Below, piece after piece: positions 24,054 through 37,076 of a stretch of DNA of 64,000 nucleotides (position 1 is its first letter; each line of letters begins with the position of its first letter). This DNA is from Eledone cirrhosa (Eukaryota). The position numbers and the translations under genes are program-made. The stretch is from positions 81,778,001-81,842,000 of the forward strand of contig OZ024743.1 of the NCBI GenBank assembly GCA_964016885.1, written 5' to 3'. The notes beneath the pieces are model-generated. The model was not told where the DNA came from, searched no databases, and saw only the letters and a list, made by a program, of their open reading frames with translations.

Positions 24054-24250
24054 TATTAATAATTATTTCTACTTTAGGCACAAGGCCAGCAATTACCCAG
24101 TGCATTACTGGTACTTTATTTTATCGACCCCGTAAGGATGAAAGGCAAAGTCAACCTCGGCGGGATTTGAACTCAGATCGTAAAGGGACGTAACTATGCT
24201 GGGAAGCATGGCTTCCGACCCTCTACCGATACTGCCAATCCACCGCACTA
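23414..24250 (-). mobile_element. Three closely related SINE family A copies (23414-23600, 23600-23760, 24060-24250)
   Basis: Each has ACTGGTACTTTATTTTATCGACCCCGTAAGGATGAAAGGCAAAG...TTTGAACTCAG. Confidence 0.85.
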
Positions 24251-24326
24251 TTAATAATGAGGTCAAAGCTCAGGCAGTCCTTTACAATGAAATAGCTCAA
24301 AGAAAGAAGTATTTCTGAGCCATGTA

Positions 24327-25178
<852 letters not shown>

Positions 25179-25409
25179 ATTTCTATTTATTTGCCACGAG
25201 GGCACAAAAGAAGGGGACATTTACACAGTGGGGGAGTTTACATAAATCGAGTAAAGAAAAAAGGAATAACAATAATAATATAACAATAAAAAGTCCTCAA
25301 AAGGGAGGGGGCGTGTTGGGGATTGCACATACCCCCGAAAAGTGTGCAACTCTTTTCGCGGGGGAAGCCCAGAGAGGAGGCGCTCCCCCTTTCCTCTTCA
25401 CTTCTTCAC

Positions 25410-28400
25410 CTACAGAACAATGTAGAGAGAAGGCCCATTTACACGGGCCATTCTCGCTTCTTTCACCCACCTTTCATAAAACTGTCTGGGACCAAGCACT
25501 TCTCTCTCCATCCTGATTCTTCTTCCGAAGTGGTATCGGAAGAAGTAAACCAGGTGATGGCCGGAGAGAAAGTCACCCGACCTCAGACCTTTCAGGCGCG
25601 TCCACCACACAACCTCTTTCATCATGGCTATTACGCACAGAAAGACCGCCTCTGCTTCATTTCTGAAGGGAGGAGGCGGCTTGATGTTCACCACAGACTC
25701 GGCGGTTAATCGAATCGGCGCCACACGCGACAGCAGTCGTTCGACGTAGCCCCACAGATCGGCAACGCCCGGGCAGTGTACCAGTGCATGCGCAACGGTT
25801 TCCTCGTCGCGCACGCATCTGGGACAGATCTTTTTCGCGGGATCCCTGCCCGGGCGCCCGTGTCTGTAGAGCTTTTCTCGAACGGGCAGAGCCCCCCGGT
25901 AACACTGCCAGGCTAGGGACCTCTGGAAGTTGTCCATGGGTCCCGGGCCGAAAGTTCTACCGAACAGGCTGGCCAGTTCGTCCTCCTCCATGCCTAGCGA
26001 CTCTCCAAGGGTGTCGTCGCCCCTGCTAGCCACCAACCCTCTATAGAATGTCGAGGTGGATTCTCCACTGACAGTCGGGTCCGCTTGCCAGATAGCCGTG
26101 AGCGCCTGGGCACACTCAGTGTGCCAGTTGCCCAGTTTTCTCGGTCTTTGCTTCACCCAGGATTGCAGTTCGGTGAGCGAGACGAGCTGTGGGAAGGCTC
26201 GCCTCACAAACGGGGCCCACACCGGCTGACCGTTGAGGAATACCTGTAGATGCCGTAGCCTCAATGCGTGCCTACGCATCAACAGCCACGGCATACCCAG
26301 CCCTCCTTTCGAAGGGTGCTGGCAGCAGATGGATCTCCTCACCATGGGAGGCCGCTTCTTCCAGAGGAACTGGAAGAGCATGCGTTCCATGATGGTGAGC
26401 TTTTCCTTGGGGCAAGGCACGACGGTCAGGCGGTAGTAGATGACGGACGCTATGTAAGCGTTCGTCACCTCCGCCCGACCTTTCAGTGATAGTTTGCACT
26501 TGGCCCACTTCTGGGTCAGCGCAAACACCCTGCTCGTCACCTCGCCCCAATTCTTCTCCACCTGGAGGTCCGGTCCGAACCAGACCCCGAGCAGCTTCAC
26601 CGGGCCCTCCGTCCACCGCCCGACGACACCGTCTAACGGCATCGGTTTGCCCCTCCACGTTCCGAGTTGCAAACCGACTGACTTGTCCTGGTTCAGCTTA
26701 GCCCCCGTCAGCCTTTCGTATTCCTCCAGTAGGGTGGCGATCGCCCCGATTTCCGAGGCGTCCGCCACCATTACTGTTACGTCGTCGGCATAGGCCGAGA
26801 CCGCTTTGTGCAATCCCGGTTCCAGGGGTATGCCCCGCAGCAACTCCAACTTCCGCAGCAGTGGCTCGAGAGTCAATACGTACAGAAGGGAGGAGAGGGG
26901 GCACCCCTGTCTGATGGATCGGGTGATTTGAAACGGCTCCGAGAGGTAGCCGTTTACTTTAATCCTAGAGTAGATGTTGCCACTGTGCATGGCAGAAATC
27001 CAGCCCCTGAAAACGGGTCCGAAGCCCGCCGCCGCTAGCACCGCATCCAGGTAACCATGGTCGACCCTATCGAACGCCTTAGATTGATCCAAGTTGATCA
27101 GGGCCCCACCAAAGCCGGGTTCGTAGCCAACCCTCTCTATGATGTATCGCATGAGGTGGAGGTTGTCGTGAATGGACCTGGACGGGATAGCGCATGTCTG
27201 CGCGTCTCCCACCAAACCACCCACCACAAGCGCCAACCTCTTCGTCAACACCTTGGCCAAAATCTGTAACTCTGCATTCAGCAGAGTTATGGGCCTAAAG
27301 TTACTTAAGTCGTCCCCCTTGCTCTCGTCCTTCCTCACTAGCGTGACCACGCCCTTGGTCACAGAACAGGGAATTCTCCCGTTCTGTTGCCAGTTGCAAT
27401 AGACAGCCTCGAGGAGTTCGGAGAACAAGACCGGCATAGCTAAATAAAGTTCGTATGGTAGACCATCGAGACCCGGGGATTTGCGTCTGCTGCATTGGCT
27501 GAGCGCTTCCCCGATTTCAGTGGCTGTGATTGGCCCTTCGCAGCACTCCGCTTCGCCGCTCGAAAGACGCGGTAGACCGTCGAGGTATGGACCGAAGTCC
27601 ACATCCCCGTCCGGCCCCCCGCCACCTCCGAACAGTCGAGCAAAGTGCCTTTGAAAGGTCTCGCACATTCGCTCAGGTTCAAGGATCACCCGTCCATCCT
27701 GGTCTCGCAAAGACCGAATGGTGGATTTAATCCCACTCTTGGCTTCTGTCACGCGGGCCCAGCTAACAGCTTTGGTCCCCTCGTTTCCTAAAGCACGTAT
27801 TTTACTTCGGACAACGCAGCCTTCGTGCTTCGCGTCAAAGAACTGGCTCAATGCCGTTCTCGTCGCTAACACTCTGGCTACGTCTCCGCTCCTAATCGCC
27901 TCTTCTAGTTTATCTGTTAACTCCCTTTCCCTCCTATTTCTATTCGCCGCTAGTTCCTTACTGTAACCTATCGAACTTACTCTAATCTCTCTCTTTAGAG
28001 ATATCCACCACCTACTGTTGACGATCGCTCCCGTCAACCGCATCTTAACTAAGCTACTAATCCGGTTTCTGTAATCTTTCTTTGTCGGTAAGGACAAGTT
28101 CATCTTCCAGTAACCGGGACCCTGTCTATGCGTTCTATCAAGGTTGACCACGCAGGTCACTAATTTGTGATCTGAATAGCCAACCATGATCAGTTCTGGA
28201 CAACTAAATACGTCCCTATCCTTACTCCTAACCAAAAACCTATCTAGGTACGATCTAGATTGTCCACTGCGGTTTGCCCAGGTCCAGGTTGGCGCAGTTG
28301 GACAATCTAGTCGAAATCTATCGGCCAGGTCGAATCGATCGAGTAACCCCTTGAGGCTGCTACACCCCCCTCTATCGGGACATGCCCCTGCATAGTCCCA

Positions 28401-28838
28401 ACGCGCATCTAGGATTCCATTCCAGTCCCCCACTAAAAGCAGGGAACGCGACGTTCCTAGAAAAGTCTCCAGACGTTGGAAGAAGTCGGCTCTCTCCGCC
28501 CCGAAGGGAGCATAAAGACCGACCAGTCTGAAAGCCCCGCCTTCACCACCTCCGACGTCCAGCACCAGTAATCGACCCCCCGGGTCCGAGTGAACAATCT
28601 GTACGTCGAGAGTCAGACGTTTATCCAGCAGTACGGCAACTCCCCCCCCGCCTCCGGGTTGACAGAGAGATGCGTGCATCTCAAAGTCATCGAAGGCGGG
28701 CGCCAGCTGTCTCACGCTGCTGATCCGACTCTCGCAAACAACCATCACATCTATACTTTGTGACCTGAGGTCACTTAGAAGCTTTGCTTGCTTCCAAGCT
28801 GAGCTCAGGCCACGCGCGTTCAAACAGCCAACTCTCAA
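25410..28838 (-). CDS. Tx1 ORF2p: APE endonuclease, reverse transcriptase and C-terminal zinc-binding domain
   Basis: CLNARGL, CESR, VGDWN, YLDR, SDHK; SPGLDG, NFRPITLLN, DQSKAFDRV, RQGCPLS, YADD, KLLGV; CPRC..ETVAHALVHC. No ATG at the expected start (ATA at 28845-28847). Confidence 0.93.
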   Translation of the reverse strand: MRVGCLNARGLSSAWKQAKLLSDLRSQSIDVMVVCESRISSVRQLAPAFDDFEMHASLCQPGGGGGVAVLLDKRLTLDVQIVHSDPGGRLLVLDVGGGEGGAFRLVGLYAPFGAERADFFQRLETFLGTSRSLLLVGDWNGILDARWDYAGACPDRGGCSSLKGLLDRFDLADRFRLDCPTAPTWTWANRSGQSRSYLDRFLVRSKDRDVFSCPELIMVGYSDHKLVTCVVNLDRTHRQGPGYWKMNLSLPTKKDYRNRISSLVKMRLTGAIVNSRWWISLKREIRVSSIGYSKELAANRNRRERELTDKLEEAIRSGDVARVLATRTALSQFFDAKHEGCVVRSKIRALGNEGTKAVSWARVTEAKSGIKSTIRSLRDQDGRVILEPERMCETFQRHFARLFGGGGGPDGDVDFGPYLDGLPRLSSGEAECCEGPITATEIGEALSQCSRRKSPGLDGLPYELYLAMPVLFSELLEAVYCNWQQNGRIPCSVTKGVVTLVRKDESKGDDLSNFRPITLLNAELQILAKVLTKRLALVVGGLVGDAQTCAIPSRSIHDNLHLMRYIIERVGYEPGFGGALINLDQSKAFDRVDHGYLDAVLAAAGFGPVFRGWISAMHSGNIYSRIKVNGYLSEPFQITRSIRQGCPLSSLLYVLTLEPLLRKLELLRGIPLEPGLHKAVSAYADDVTVMVADASEIGAIATLLEEYERLTGAKLNQDKSVGLQLGTWRGKPMPLDGVVGRWTEGPVKLLGVWFGPDLQVEKNWGEVTSRVFALTQKWAKCKLSLKGRAEVTNAYIASVIYYRLTVVPCPKEKLTIMERMLFQFLWKKRPPMVRRSICCQHPSKGGLGMPWLLMRRHALRLRHLQVFLNGQPVWAPFVRRAFPQLVSLTELQSWVKQRPRKLGNWHTECAQALTAIWQADPTVSGESTSTFYRGLVASRGDDTLGESLGMEEDELASLFGRTFGPGPMDNFQRSLAWQCYRGALPVREKLYRHGRPGRDPAKKICPRCVRDEETVAHALVHCPGVADLWGYVERLLSRVAPIRLTAESVVNIKPPPPFRNEAEAVFLCVIAMMKEVVWWTRLKGLRSGDFLSGHHLVYFFRYHFGRRIRMEREVLGPRQFYERWVKEARMARVNGPSLYIVL

Positions 28839-28843
28839 TTGAT

Positions 28844-30706
28844 CTATTTTGGTGTTGAAAGTGAAGAAAGAAAAGCACTTACCTCTCCGGGTGGCGTAAT
28901 TTCCATGGCATCAGGTGTGTTGGGTGGAGGGATGTTTTGTGGTGGTGTGGGGGTACACGTGTGTGGTGGGGTTGGGGTATTTGGAGTTGTGTCAGGGAGA
29001 GGGGCGGTTATGGGGAAATCTTTCAAGAGGACGCGATTCAACGGTTTTAAACAGGGGGGGCTCACGTCCCGTCTAAATTGTTCTTTTAAGGAACGATAAA
29101 GGTCCAGAGGGACCTTTATCATTTTTAAATGGGTGAAGTTCTCTGTTGAGATAAAGTTTGGCCCTTCGGTCTGCACCATAGGGTTATTGTTTATTAATTT
29201 AACCAGTTTTTTGTTTTCTTTATTTATATATGTGTATTGCAACGTCTTTTTTTGTGATGCTGTCAATGTTTCGGAGAGGGGAGGCGCAGATTTATTTTTG
29301 TTTGTTGAGGGTGGGGTGTTTTTGATTGGAGTTGGTGTTTGTGTGTGGGTTATTTGTGGTGTGCTGGGTGTGTGTTTTCTTTTTTTTCTTTTAACTTGTC
29401 TGAAGGCTTCTCCTCCTTCTTCTTCAGAAGTTGGGGGAAACTCTTCAGCGCTAGGTGGGAGGGACGTGTTGTGTGGTTGTTTTTTTTTTGCGGGAGGGGT
29501 AGATTTGTTACTGTTTTTTTTATTATTTGTTTGGAATGGGTTTTGTGGTGGTGGTGGTGGTAATGTTTGTGTCGTGCTTGTGGTTGGTAATGGTGGTGGT
29601 GATGTTTGTGTTGTGGTTGGTGGTGGTGATTTTTGTGTCGTGCTTGTGTTTGGTGCTGGTGGTGGTGATGTTTGTGTTGTGTTTGTGGTTGGTGGTGTCT
29701 GTATTTTGTTTGCTGTGTGTGGTATTAGTGTATTTTTGGAGGTGGGTGGTGCTGGTGTACTGTTTGTGGTGGGTGTGGGCAATAGTCCTTTTTGGGGGAT
29801 ACGTTTCGGGCAGTTAGCCTTAACGTGTCCCCTTTCCATGCATAAATAGCATGCTGGTCTTCTCCCCTCTACAATTATGTCTATTGGGGTAAGGTCATCC
29901 AGCCAGATGCGATCCGGGATTTGTGCTATTCTTTCGGGCCTCATTTGGACTAGTATGTCGAGGCCCATTCCCAGGAACGCATCTCCAGTTGCCTTCCCCA
30001 TTGACAGCATAGTGTCTTCGCCCATATCAATGAAGCCAGCAATAGCCCACCAGAAGTCCATTGTGGGCAGCATTGTTTTTACTTTTATTCTCTGAGTTCT
30101 TCTACCCATGTAGGAGGGATAGAAGCTATATGTTGTCGACGAGAGTGGGCTTAGGGAAAGCTGAACCGCCGTTTCTTTGTCTCTTGTTAGGACCGAAATG
30201 CTGCCATAGAGTCGGTCCTTTCGTATGAAGAGAATATTCTTCATATAGTCTTTTAGGACTAACTCTATTTCCATTTGGCTGGGCTGTGCTGGCTTTCTTG
30301 ACTGGTTTAGTATAGTTCTGTATATAACTGTGTTTTCTGCTCTGGCTTTCTTGAATTCTGGGGGGGAGTTAATGGAAAACATTCCGTTTTCCCCCAAAAC
30401 AATATGTTTCTTTGCTTCGGCCAGTTTTTCTCTGGCGGCAGTTAGGTCAATTGGTGTGTATGTAATGGATTGCTTTGTTTTCTGGGCGAAAGTTGCCCTG
30501 TCGTTATTTGTATTATTTTCTGTTTGTTTGTTTTCTGTTTGCTCATTTTCCTTAACATTTGTTTTTTCATTTTGTTTGTTTGTTTCAATGTCTAATTTTG
30601 TTGTAATTATTTTTTGTTCTTCAGACTTGGGGGGCGTGGCAGAGCTAATGGCAGACATGTCTGCCATCTTTTCCGCCATGCTGCCAAGAAAGAAATTTTT
30701 CGGCAA
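28844..30706 (-). CDS. Tx1 ORF1p: CCHC zinc-knuckle protein with Pro/Thr-rich tail
   Basis: VEGRRPACYLCMERGHVKANCP (CX2CX4HX4C); homologous to ORF1 of the 9.5-kb copy. The true start is probably a downstream Met (MAEKMADM). Confidence 0.88.
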   Translation of the reverse strand: MPKNFFLGSMAEKMADMSAISSATPPKSEEQKIITTKLDIETNKQNEKTNVKENEQTENKQTENNTNNDRATFAQKTKQSITYTPIDLTAAREKLAEAKKHIVLGENGMFSINSPPEFKKARAENTVIYRTILNQSRKPAQPSQMEIELVLKDYMKNILFIRKDRLYGSISVLTRDKETAVQLSLSPLSSTTYSFYPSYMGRRTQRIKVKTMLPTMDFWWAIAGFIDMGEDTMLSMGKATGDAFLGMGLDILVQMRPERIAQIPDRIWLDDLTPIDIIVEGRRPACYLCMERGHVKANCPKRIPQKGLLPTPTTNSTPAPPTSKNTLIPHTANKIQTPPTTNTTQTSPPPAPNTSTTQKSPPPTTTQTSPPPLPTTSTTQTLPPPPPQNPFQTNNKKNSNKSTPPAKKKQPHNTSLPPSAEEFPPTSEEEGGEAFRQVKRKKRKHTPSTPQITHTQTPTPIKNTPPSTNKNKSAPPLSETLTASQKKTLQYTYINKENKKLVKLINNNPMVQTEGPNFISTENFTHLKMIKVPLDLYRSLKEQFRRDVSPPCLKPLNRVLLKDFPITAPLPDTTPNTPTPPHTCTPTPPQNIPPPNTPDAMEITPPGEVSAFLSSLSTPK

Positions 30707-31062
30707 AAATAGATATTTATTTTACCCCCTAAAAAGGGGGTAAATGCAAAAATGTTTCCCTAAATAACAGGGGTTAGTGTTCCAAATGTGTTGCACTAAA
30801 AAATTTATCCGGTACTTACAATAGTAAGGGTAAATCCCGATGGAATAGCGGAGCCGATGCGAAGCGTGTCTTACTCTATCAAGATAGATAGATAGATAGA
30901 TAGATAGATATACACGGGTGCGTATGATTGTGTATAGAAGATTATATTAATAAGAGGAATTCCAACTTTGTCTGATTTACTCGTTTTATTTACAATCCTT
31001 TAAAATGTATAATGGTATTAGAATGAAATAGTATGGTAGAATATTAAATGTTAAGTATTAAT

Positions 31063-31101
31063 TGAACAAATACTTTCATGCTTTCGCAATCTTCAGGTTC
31101 A
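31063..31101 (-). ncRNA. Minimal type I hammerhead, left arm
   Basis: Minus strand: TGAAC-CTGAAGA-T TGC GAAA GCA T-GAAA-GTAT-TT-GTTCA. Confidence 0.65.
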
Positions 31102-31173
31102 TAAAGTGTGGTGACAGTCAAGTTTGCAATTTTCAACTGTGAAAATTGCAAACTTGACTGTCACCACATATTA

Positions 31174-31212
31174 TGAACCTGAAGATTGCGAAAGCATGAA
31201 AGTACTTGTTCA
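31174..31212 (+). ncRNA. Minimal type I hammerhead, right arm
   Basis: TGAAC-CTGAAGA-T TGC GAAA GCA T-GAAA-GTAC-TT-GTTCA; GNRA loop 2, palindromic stem III AGTACT. Confidence 0.75.
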
Positions 31213-31365
31213 ATTAACACTCAGAATTTAATATTCTATCATGCCATTTCATTATAATACCATTATAAATTTTAAAGGATTGTAAATAAAACGAGTAAAT
31301 CAGACAAAGTTGAAATTCCTCTTATTAATATATATATATATATATATAACTTTGATAGGTTTAGG

Positions 31366-31438
<73 letters not shown>

Positions 31439-31538
31439 CTTTAATAGGTTTCTGCCAGTATTGGCCCAGGCTACGTCTAACTTAATAGCACCACCTGGCG
31501 AATTCTTTCAAATCAGAATTTGGACACCATGGCCCACC

Positions 31539-31601
<63 letters not shown>

Positions 31602-31915
31602 CACACACACCTGTACTCACATAGACCAATGTGAGCAGAAGCCCACTCCTACGTACAGAATGAGCAAGTCAAACTACCAGAAGTAGGAGAGAAAGCTGAT
31701 CACCTAGAAGTTAGCTGAACTATATTTAGATGAGAGAAGCAGTAAAGTTCTCTCTGAAAGATGTTAATTTAGTCCAGTTTGATCACACGTGATACCGTGA
31801 TATCGCAGGCAGATTAGATTCCATTAAGTCGTTGACTGACGAACTTCTTGGATCTTCCACGTGTTCGGGAAATAAATGATCAAAGACAATTAAATATTGT
31901 AGTGTATGGTGTGTG

Positions 31916-31946
<31 letters not shown>

Positions 31947-31968
31947 TTGTGTGTGTGTGTCTATATAT

Positions 31969-32000
<32 letters not shown>

Positions 32001-32011
32001 GTGTGTGTGTG

Positions 32012-32050
<39 letters not shown>

Positions 32051-32136
32051 TGAGCTTAATCCTCACTTTGCCAAATGAATAGTTGTTTTCTCAACTTGTC
32101 TGAACTTTTATACACACACACACACACACACACACC

Positions 32137-32169
<33 letters not shown>

Positions 32170-32256
32170 ATGACTCCAACGTTGGACGAGATATCTGAGA
32201 TATGAGTCTGTGTTCTCTTTTGTGAGGGTGGTGGATATTAACCTCATTTGGCTGTT

Positions 32257-32301
<45 letters not shown>

Positions 32302-32545
32302 AAATTAGTAGTTGTAGTGGTGGGTGTGGTTCTATTGTGGGGTTTGACTTCATGGAAAGATTAGCTGCTATTTCTAGCAGTCCCAATGTCCAGATAATCA
32401 TATTTCATATGTATCTTTATACACCAAATCACGGTCTATTAGTGCTGTCACTAGATACGAGCGGTGCTTACCCAAGAAACTTTACATTCTATTCAAAGGC
32501 TCGGATCTATTACCACTGAGCACACACACACACATTTAATATGTG

Positions 32546-32646
<101 letters not shown>

Positions 32647-32662
32647 GTGCGTGCGTGCGTAC

Positions 32663-32765
<103 letters not shown>

Positions 32766-33029
32766 TGTGTGTGTGATTGTAGTGTCAAGAATTTTCGTTC
32801 AGAATTTATTTATAATAATACATATATATTTTTTCCTCTCTCCTCGTAATTTACTATTTTTGATGAACGAATAACGTCTGATACGTTGAAACATTCTTTT
32901 TACTCTTCTACAAAACGTGTAACTAACAACAGTTTGTCTTGCTGTTCTTCGTGTGTCTCTTCCTTGTAATTTGACCTAAAGAACACGTATATGCAAACAC
33001 ACCCATATAAACACTCACCCACATACGCA

Positions 33030-33335
33030 GTAAAGGTGTCTAAAATGTCTGGTCTAAGTCAAAGGTCTGTCTCAAGCCAGGACACTCGTCAGACCAGTAC
33101 TTATCCCAGTACTTATTGTGGTGTTAAGATACTGAAAGTACAATACTCCTCCCTGGATAGGACACCATCGCAGGTTTATACCTCCAGTTATTGCTGGTAT
33201 TCATATTCAGCTGAGTATAATGGAGTATCGTGAAATGAAGTGTTTAGCTCAAGAACACAACACACTACCCAGGTTTCGAGGCCACAACAATATGATTAGT
33301 TCAATAGCCTTACCACTAGGCCACACACCTCCCCA
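33030..33335 (-). mobile_element. tRNA-derived SINE (family B head)
   Basis: Minus strand reads GTGGCCTAGTGGTAAGG...GTGTTGTGTTCTTGAGCTAAACACTTCATTTCACG..CTCAGCTG (A-box plus SINE body). Confidence 0.65.
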
Positions 33336-33535
33336 GTAAAAGAGTGGGTCAAGAAATATATTGAAAGAAATTTATAGCACAGAAATGGTGTGCTACTATA
33401 ACCACAGGTCTTCTGGGCAAGACAGCTGAGCAGAAGACTTCAAAGTTATTGTATTTTACGTTGACATGGAAATGTTATTAGCCACTGTAATATGAGAAAA
33501 GAATTTAACACTTTCATGACCATCTCATTAACTAT

Positions 33536-33700
33536 AATAATTGTTTCTACTTTTGGCACAAGGCCAGCAAATACCCAGTGTCTTACTGGTACTTTATTTT
33601 ATCGATCCCGTAAGGATGAAACTCAGATGGCAAGGGCTGTAACTTTATGCGTCAAAGCATGGCGTCCGACTCTTTACCGATACTGCCAATCCACCGCCCA
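33536..33700 (-). mobile_element. SINE family A copy with internal deletion
   Basis: CTGGTACTTTATTTTATCGATCCCGTAAGGATGAA|ACTCAG...GATACTGCCAATCCACCGC. Confidence 0.75.
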
Positions 33701-35109
33701 GCCGCCGGTTATTTTGCTATTCTATCCCCGGTGAAATTTTATTTTAAGTGGTAACATTCCTGCGATAATTAATCTTCTTTAGACATTAGAAAAACATTAT
33801 ACATTCCAAAAAAGATATTACTAGAAAATCCATACCTTATAAAATATATAGGACGGGTTGGGGTCTCAATATGTAAACTAAACGACTAATTTTGGTTTTA
33901 AAAACAAATTAAGGGAAACAACCTAGAAAATTACAGATTTTCCGCCCCCATCCCGCTTATTCAACCCCTCCCCTTATTATTTTGGACCCGAGAGAACGTA
34001 TTTCCTATCTAACCCTACATTTGTTTCTGTAAATAATTATTTCTCCAAAGTTAATCATCCATTTAATCCTGTTTGCCATTTGGGTTGATACGATAGAACA
34101 TTTATTTTAATAATTTATTTCTCCGATATAATTTATATGCTAGAAATTAAGGATTAAAATGTATTTATCTTTAATCAGTTTCTCGTGTCATTAATCACTA
34201 TAAACTATTGGGTTTCTCTTATGCAAATCATTAATTTATTAAAACGAAAATTTCCCTGTTTGTATGATGTTTCATATATCTACTAATCCGGATATATATG
34301 TCATGCTAATCTTGAATTCCAAACATTAAGTACGTTCAACGATATTGACATCATTACTACCAGCACGGGTCGACGAGTTTCTAATAAAATACACGGCATA
34401 TTACTGTTCCACTCATTTTGGAAATTACGAAAAGCTTGGTGTACTTTAATATAACAACCAACTTTTTAAATAAATTACTGTTTAGAATATATCTGCAGAA
34501 AAGATTCTTACATTAAATTACGTTGGAAAATATAAAATTAAATGTGAATATTTTAGACCAAGAGGTTTTGCATCATAAAACCTGGGGTAGTTTCAGGCGG
34601 ATTTGGTATGGAAAGAATTTAAAATATTAGAAATAAAGATAATATTAGGAGCGAAAAATGGAGGCAAAGCGAAAAACCAGACTTCCTTGCGGCTTATAAA
34701 ACCCGAGCAATAACTAACTTTAAACTGATATAGTCTCTTATATAATTTGGTTGATTCTTTTTTGTAACACTTTATATATTTAGATGTGGATAAGTGGTTA
34801 AGGCTTCGATATTACTGCATTTTATTTTAAGCGGCCCTGTATTAGATGGAAACTGTAACAGCCCATCTTATCGACTTTAATACAAAAGGTCAACCTAGTT
34901 ACACATTGTCTTATGCTGAATTTCCCTCAGTATTACCTTAAACGTACACGTGTCTGTGAATGCTCTGTCATTTCCCCCTTAATCTCAGGTGCAGGCTCTT
35001 CCATTAATAAAACAACTGGAACGCTCATCTTCGAAACCGACGGAATTCAATTCTTTCTTTCATTCCATATGTAAATACCATATAACTTTCCTGATGTAAA
35101 AGCCAGGGC

Positions 35110-35460
35110 TTTGTAATTAGGGGTTTAGATTCAGGATCTTAGGGTGGTAAGTTCAATTTCCGTGTTGTAACCTTGAGAAAGAGAATTTTTCACATTGCCC
35201 CAGTCCACTCAGCTGGCAAAAATGAGTTGTGCCTGTAATTGAAAGCCTTGTTACACACTGTGTGATGTTGATTCTCTTTAAGGACTACATTAATGACACA
35301 CGTTTCTGTGAAATATTCAACTACATGAAAGTCTACATTTATATCGCCCACAAACTGTTTTGTTGTTCAAACAATCACAGGTTGTTATGTAGATACAACA
35401 ATCACAGGTTGTTATGTAGATACAACAAAAAAATGGAACATTGGTCGTTGTATATATTCA
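35110..35460 (+). mobile_element. SINE family B copy
   Basis: GTTCAATTTCC..GTGTTGTAACCTTGAGAAAG..TTTCACATTGCCCCAGTCCACTCAGCTGGCAAAAATGAGT. Confidence 0.6.
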
Positions 35461-36029
35461 ACAAGAAAAATATATTTTTAAATTCCATGGCTGTTTTCTT
35501 TTTTATGGTTAACATTGGATGTTATATTAGCAACAATAACCTGATACTACATCAGAAAATAATACTTTAATGACATTTTGGAGGCTGCTGCTTATCTTCC
35601 ACAGAAATGGGATTTAATCGACATTTCCAGTGCCATTTTCAGGTTTTAACGCTTCAAAATCTGTTATATGCAATAGGTATTAAGTTGCCATAATGCCGAT
35701 GTTCTGGAAATGTATAGACTACAACGATGATGATGATGATGATGATTGGTAATGATGATGATGACGACGATGATCATGATAAGGATTTTATCGATGTTTG
35801 ACCACGGCAGCGACTTGGCAAAAATGTCTGAGCAATTGATTAAAATGCTGCTCGATATTTGATCCGCCTCTCTGCATTCTGAGTTCAAATATCACCGAAA
35901 TCAATTAGCCTTTCATTTTTTCGGGATTGATAAATAAAGTATTGAACAAGGGCAGTGGATTGGTTGAATTATAACAGCGTCGGACGTGTTCTGAGTTCGC
36001 TTATGATGTCATTGATACGAAACTATATC

Positions 36030-36330
36030 GGCTGTTACATGGAGAGGAGAGTCTGGCATACATACTTTTATAAAACACCTTGCTCAGGCCTGCGCCTTGG
36101 AGAAGGACTGTCCAAGTGCACACACATATATACATATATTCCTTAATCGGATCCGGACAATACATGCCAGAGCAGCCTATCATCGCCGTCGATGGAAAAT
36201 GAAAGACAGCCCAGCCTGTGATTGTGGGGACCCTGACAATGCTGCGTGTTGTTCGGGATTGCTCCATCAGATACCCGGCGGCCTCGAGACAATCCTTAAT
36301 ACTGTACACGATCTCTTCTTGACATACCTC
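36030..36330 (+). mobile_element. Non-LTR retrotransposon C-terminal cysteine-domain remnant (clade uncertain, RTEX/Ingi-like)
   Basis: LNRIRTIHARAAYHRRRWKMKDSPACDCGDP...PGGLET matches LNRLRTG..W....SP.CDCG-type LINE ends. Confidence 0.6.
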
Positions 36331-36885
36331 TCAATTGTACATATGTCATGCGACAACAAGTACACACGTATGGTCAATATTGAACAAGCCCCCCTCCCTC
36401 TCTTATCAGACGAGAACAGGGACTAAATAAACACAACACGGTAGACAACAACAACAACAACAACAACAAGGACGAAAACAGCAACATAAAGGCCACTTAC
36501 GTCAATAGACGAATGATTTTAAGGCTTCGGTTCGCTTCCTATCAATTAATTATGAGAGTAAGATGTATTAAATTGTACAGCAAGCATAATCAGATCTAGA
36601 GACACACCTATGTATAATTGTAAAAAACCTCAGATAATCCCATTTGGAAGTATAAAATATCACAACTATTGCTTCTATATATCATCTGATACCTACACAC
36701 TCTACACAACATAATTCCTGTTATACATCTAAACTGTCAACTGTTACCATCTTTAGGATATGTTTAGACATCAAAGTAAACCATTACTTGCTTCTCCTAT
36801 ATAATTACACAATTTCACCTATAATACTTCAATATATGTGTGTCAGTGTGTGTGAGTGTGTAATGTATATGTATCTTTATATATG

Positions 36886-37030
<145 letters not shown>

Positions 37031-37076
37031 AGAAAATGCGAAGTAGTTTCAGATGTTAAAGTCCTTTAATGATAAT

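Larger units (their letters stand above)
30943..31332. repeat. ~390-bp palindrome with a 4-nt loop, abutting (AT)n and carrying two divergent hammerheads
   Basis: 30943-31135 is the reverse complement of 31140-31332 with scattered substitutions. Confidence 0.93.

Noticed and set aside
31830-31885. TTGA-CTGACGA...GAAA...TCAA motif
   Set aside because: Lacks the UH cleavage dinucleotide before stem I and has a poor stem II.
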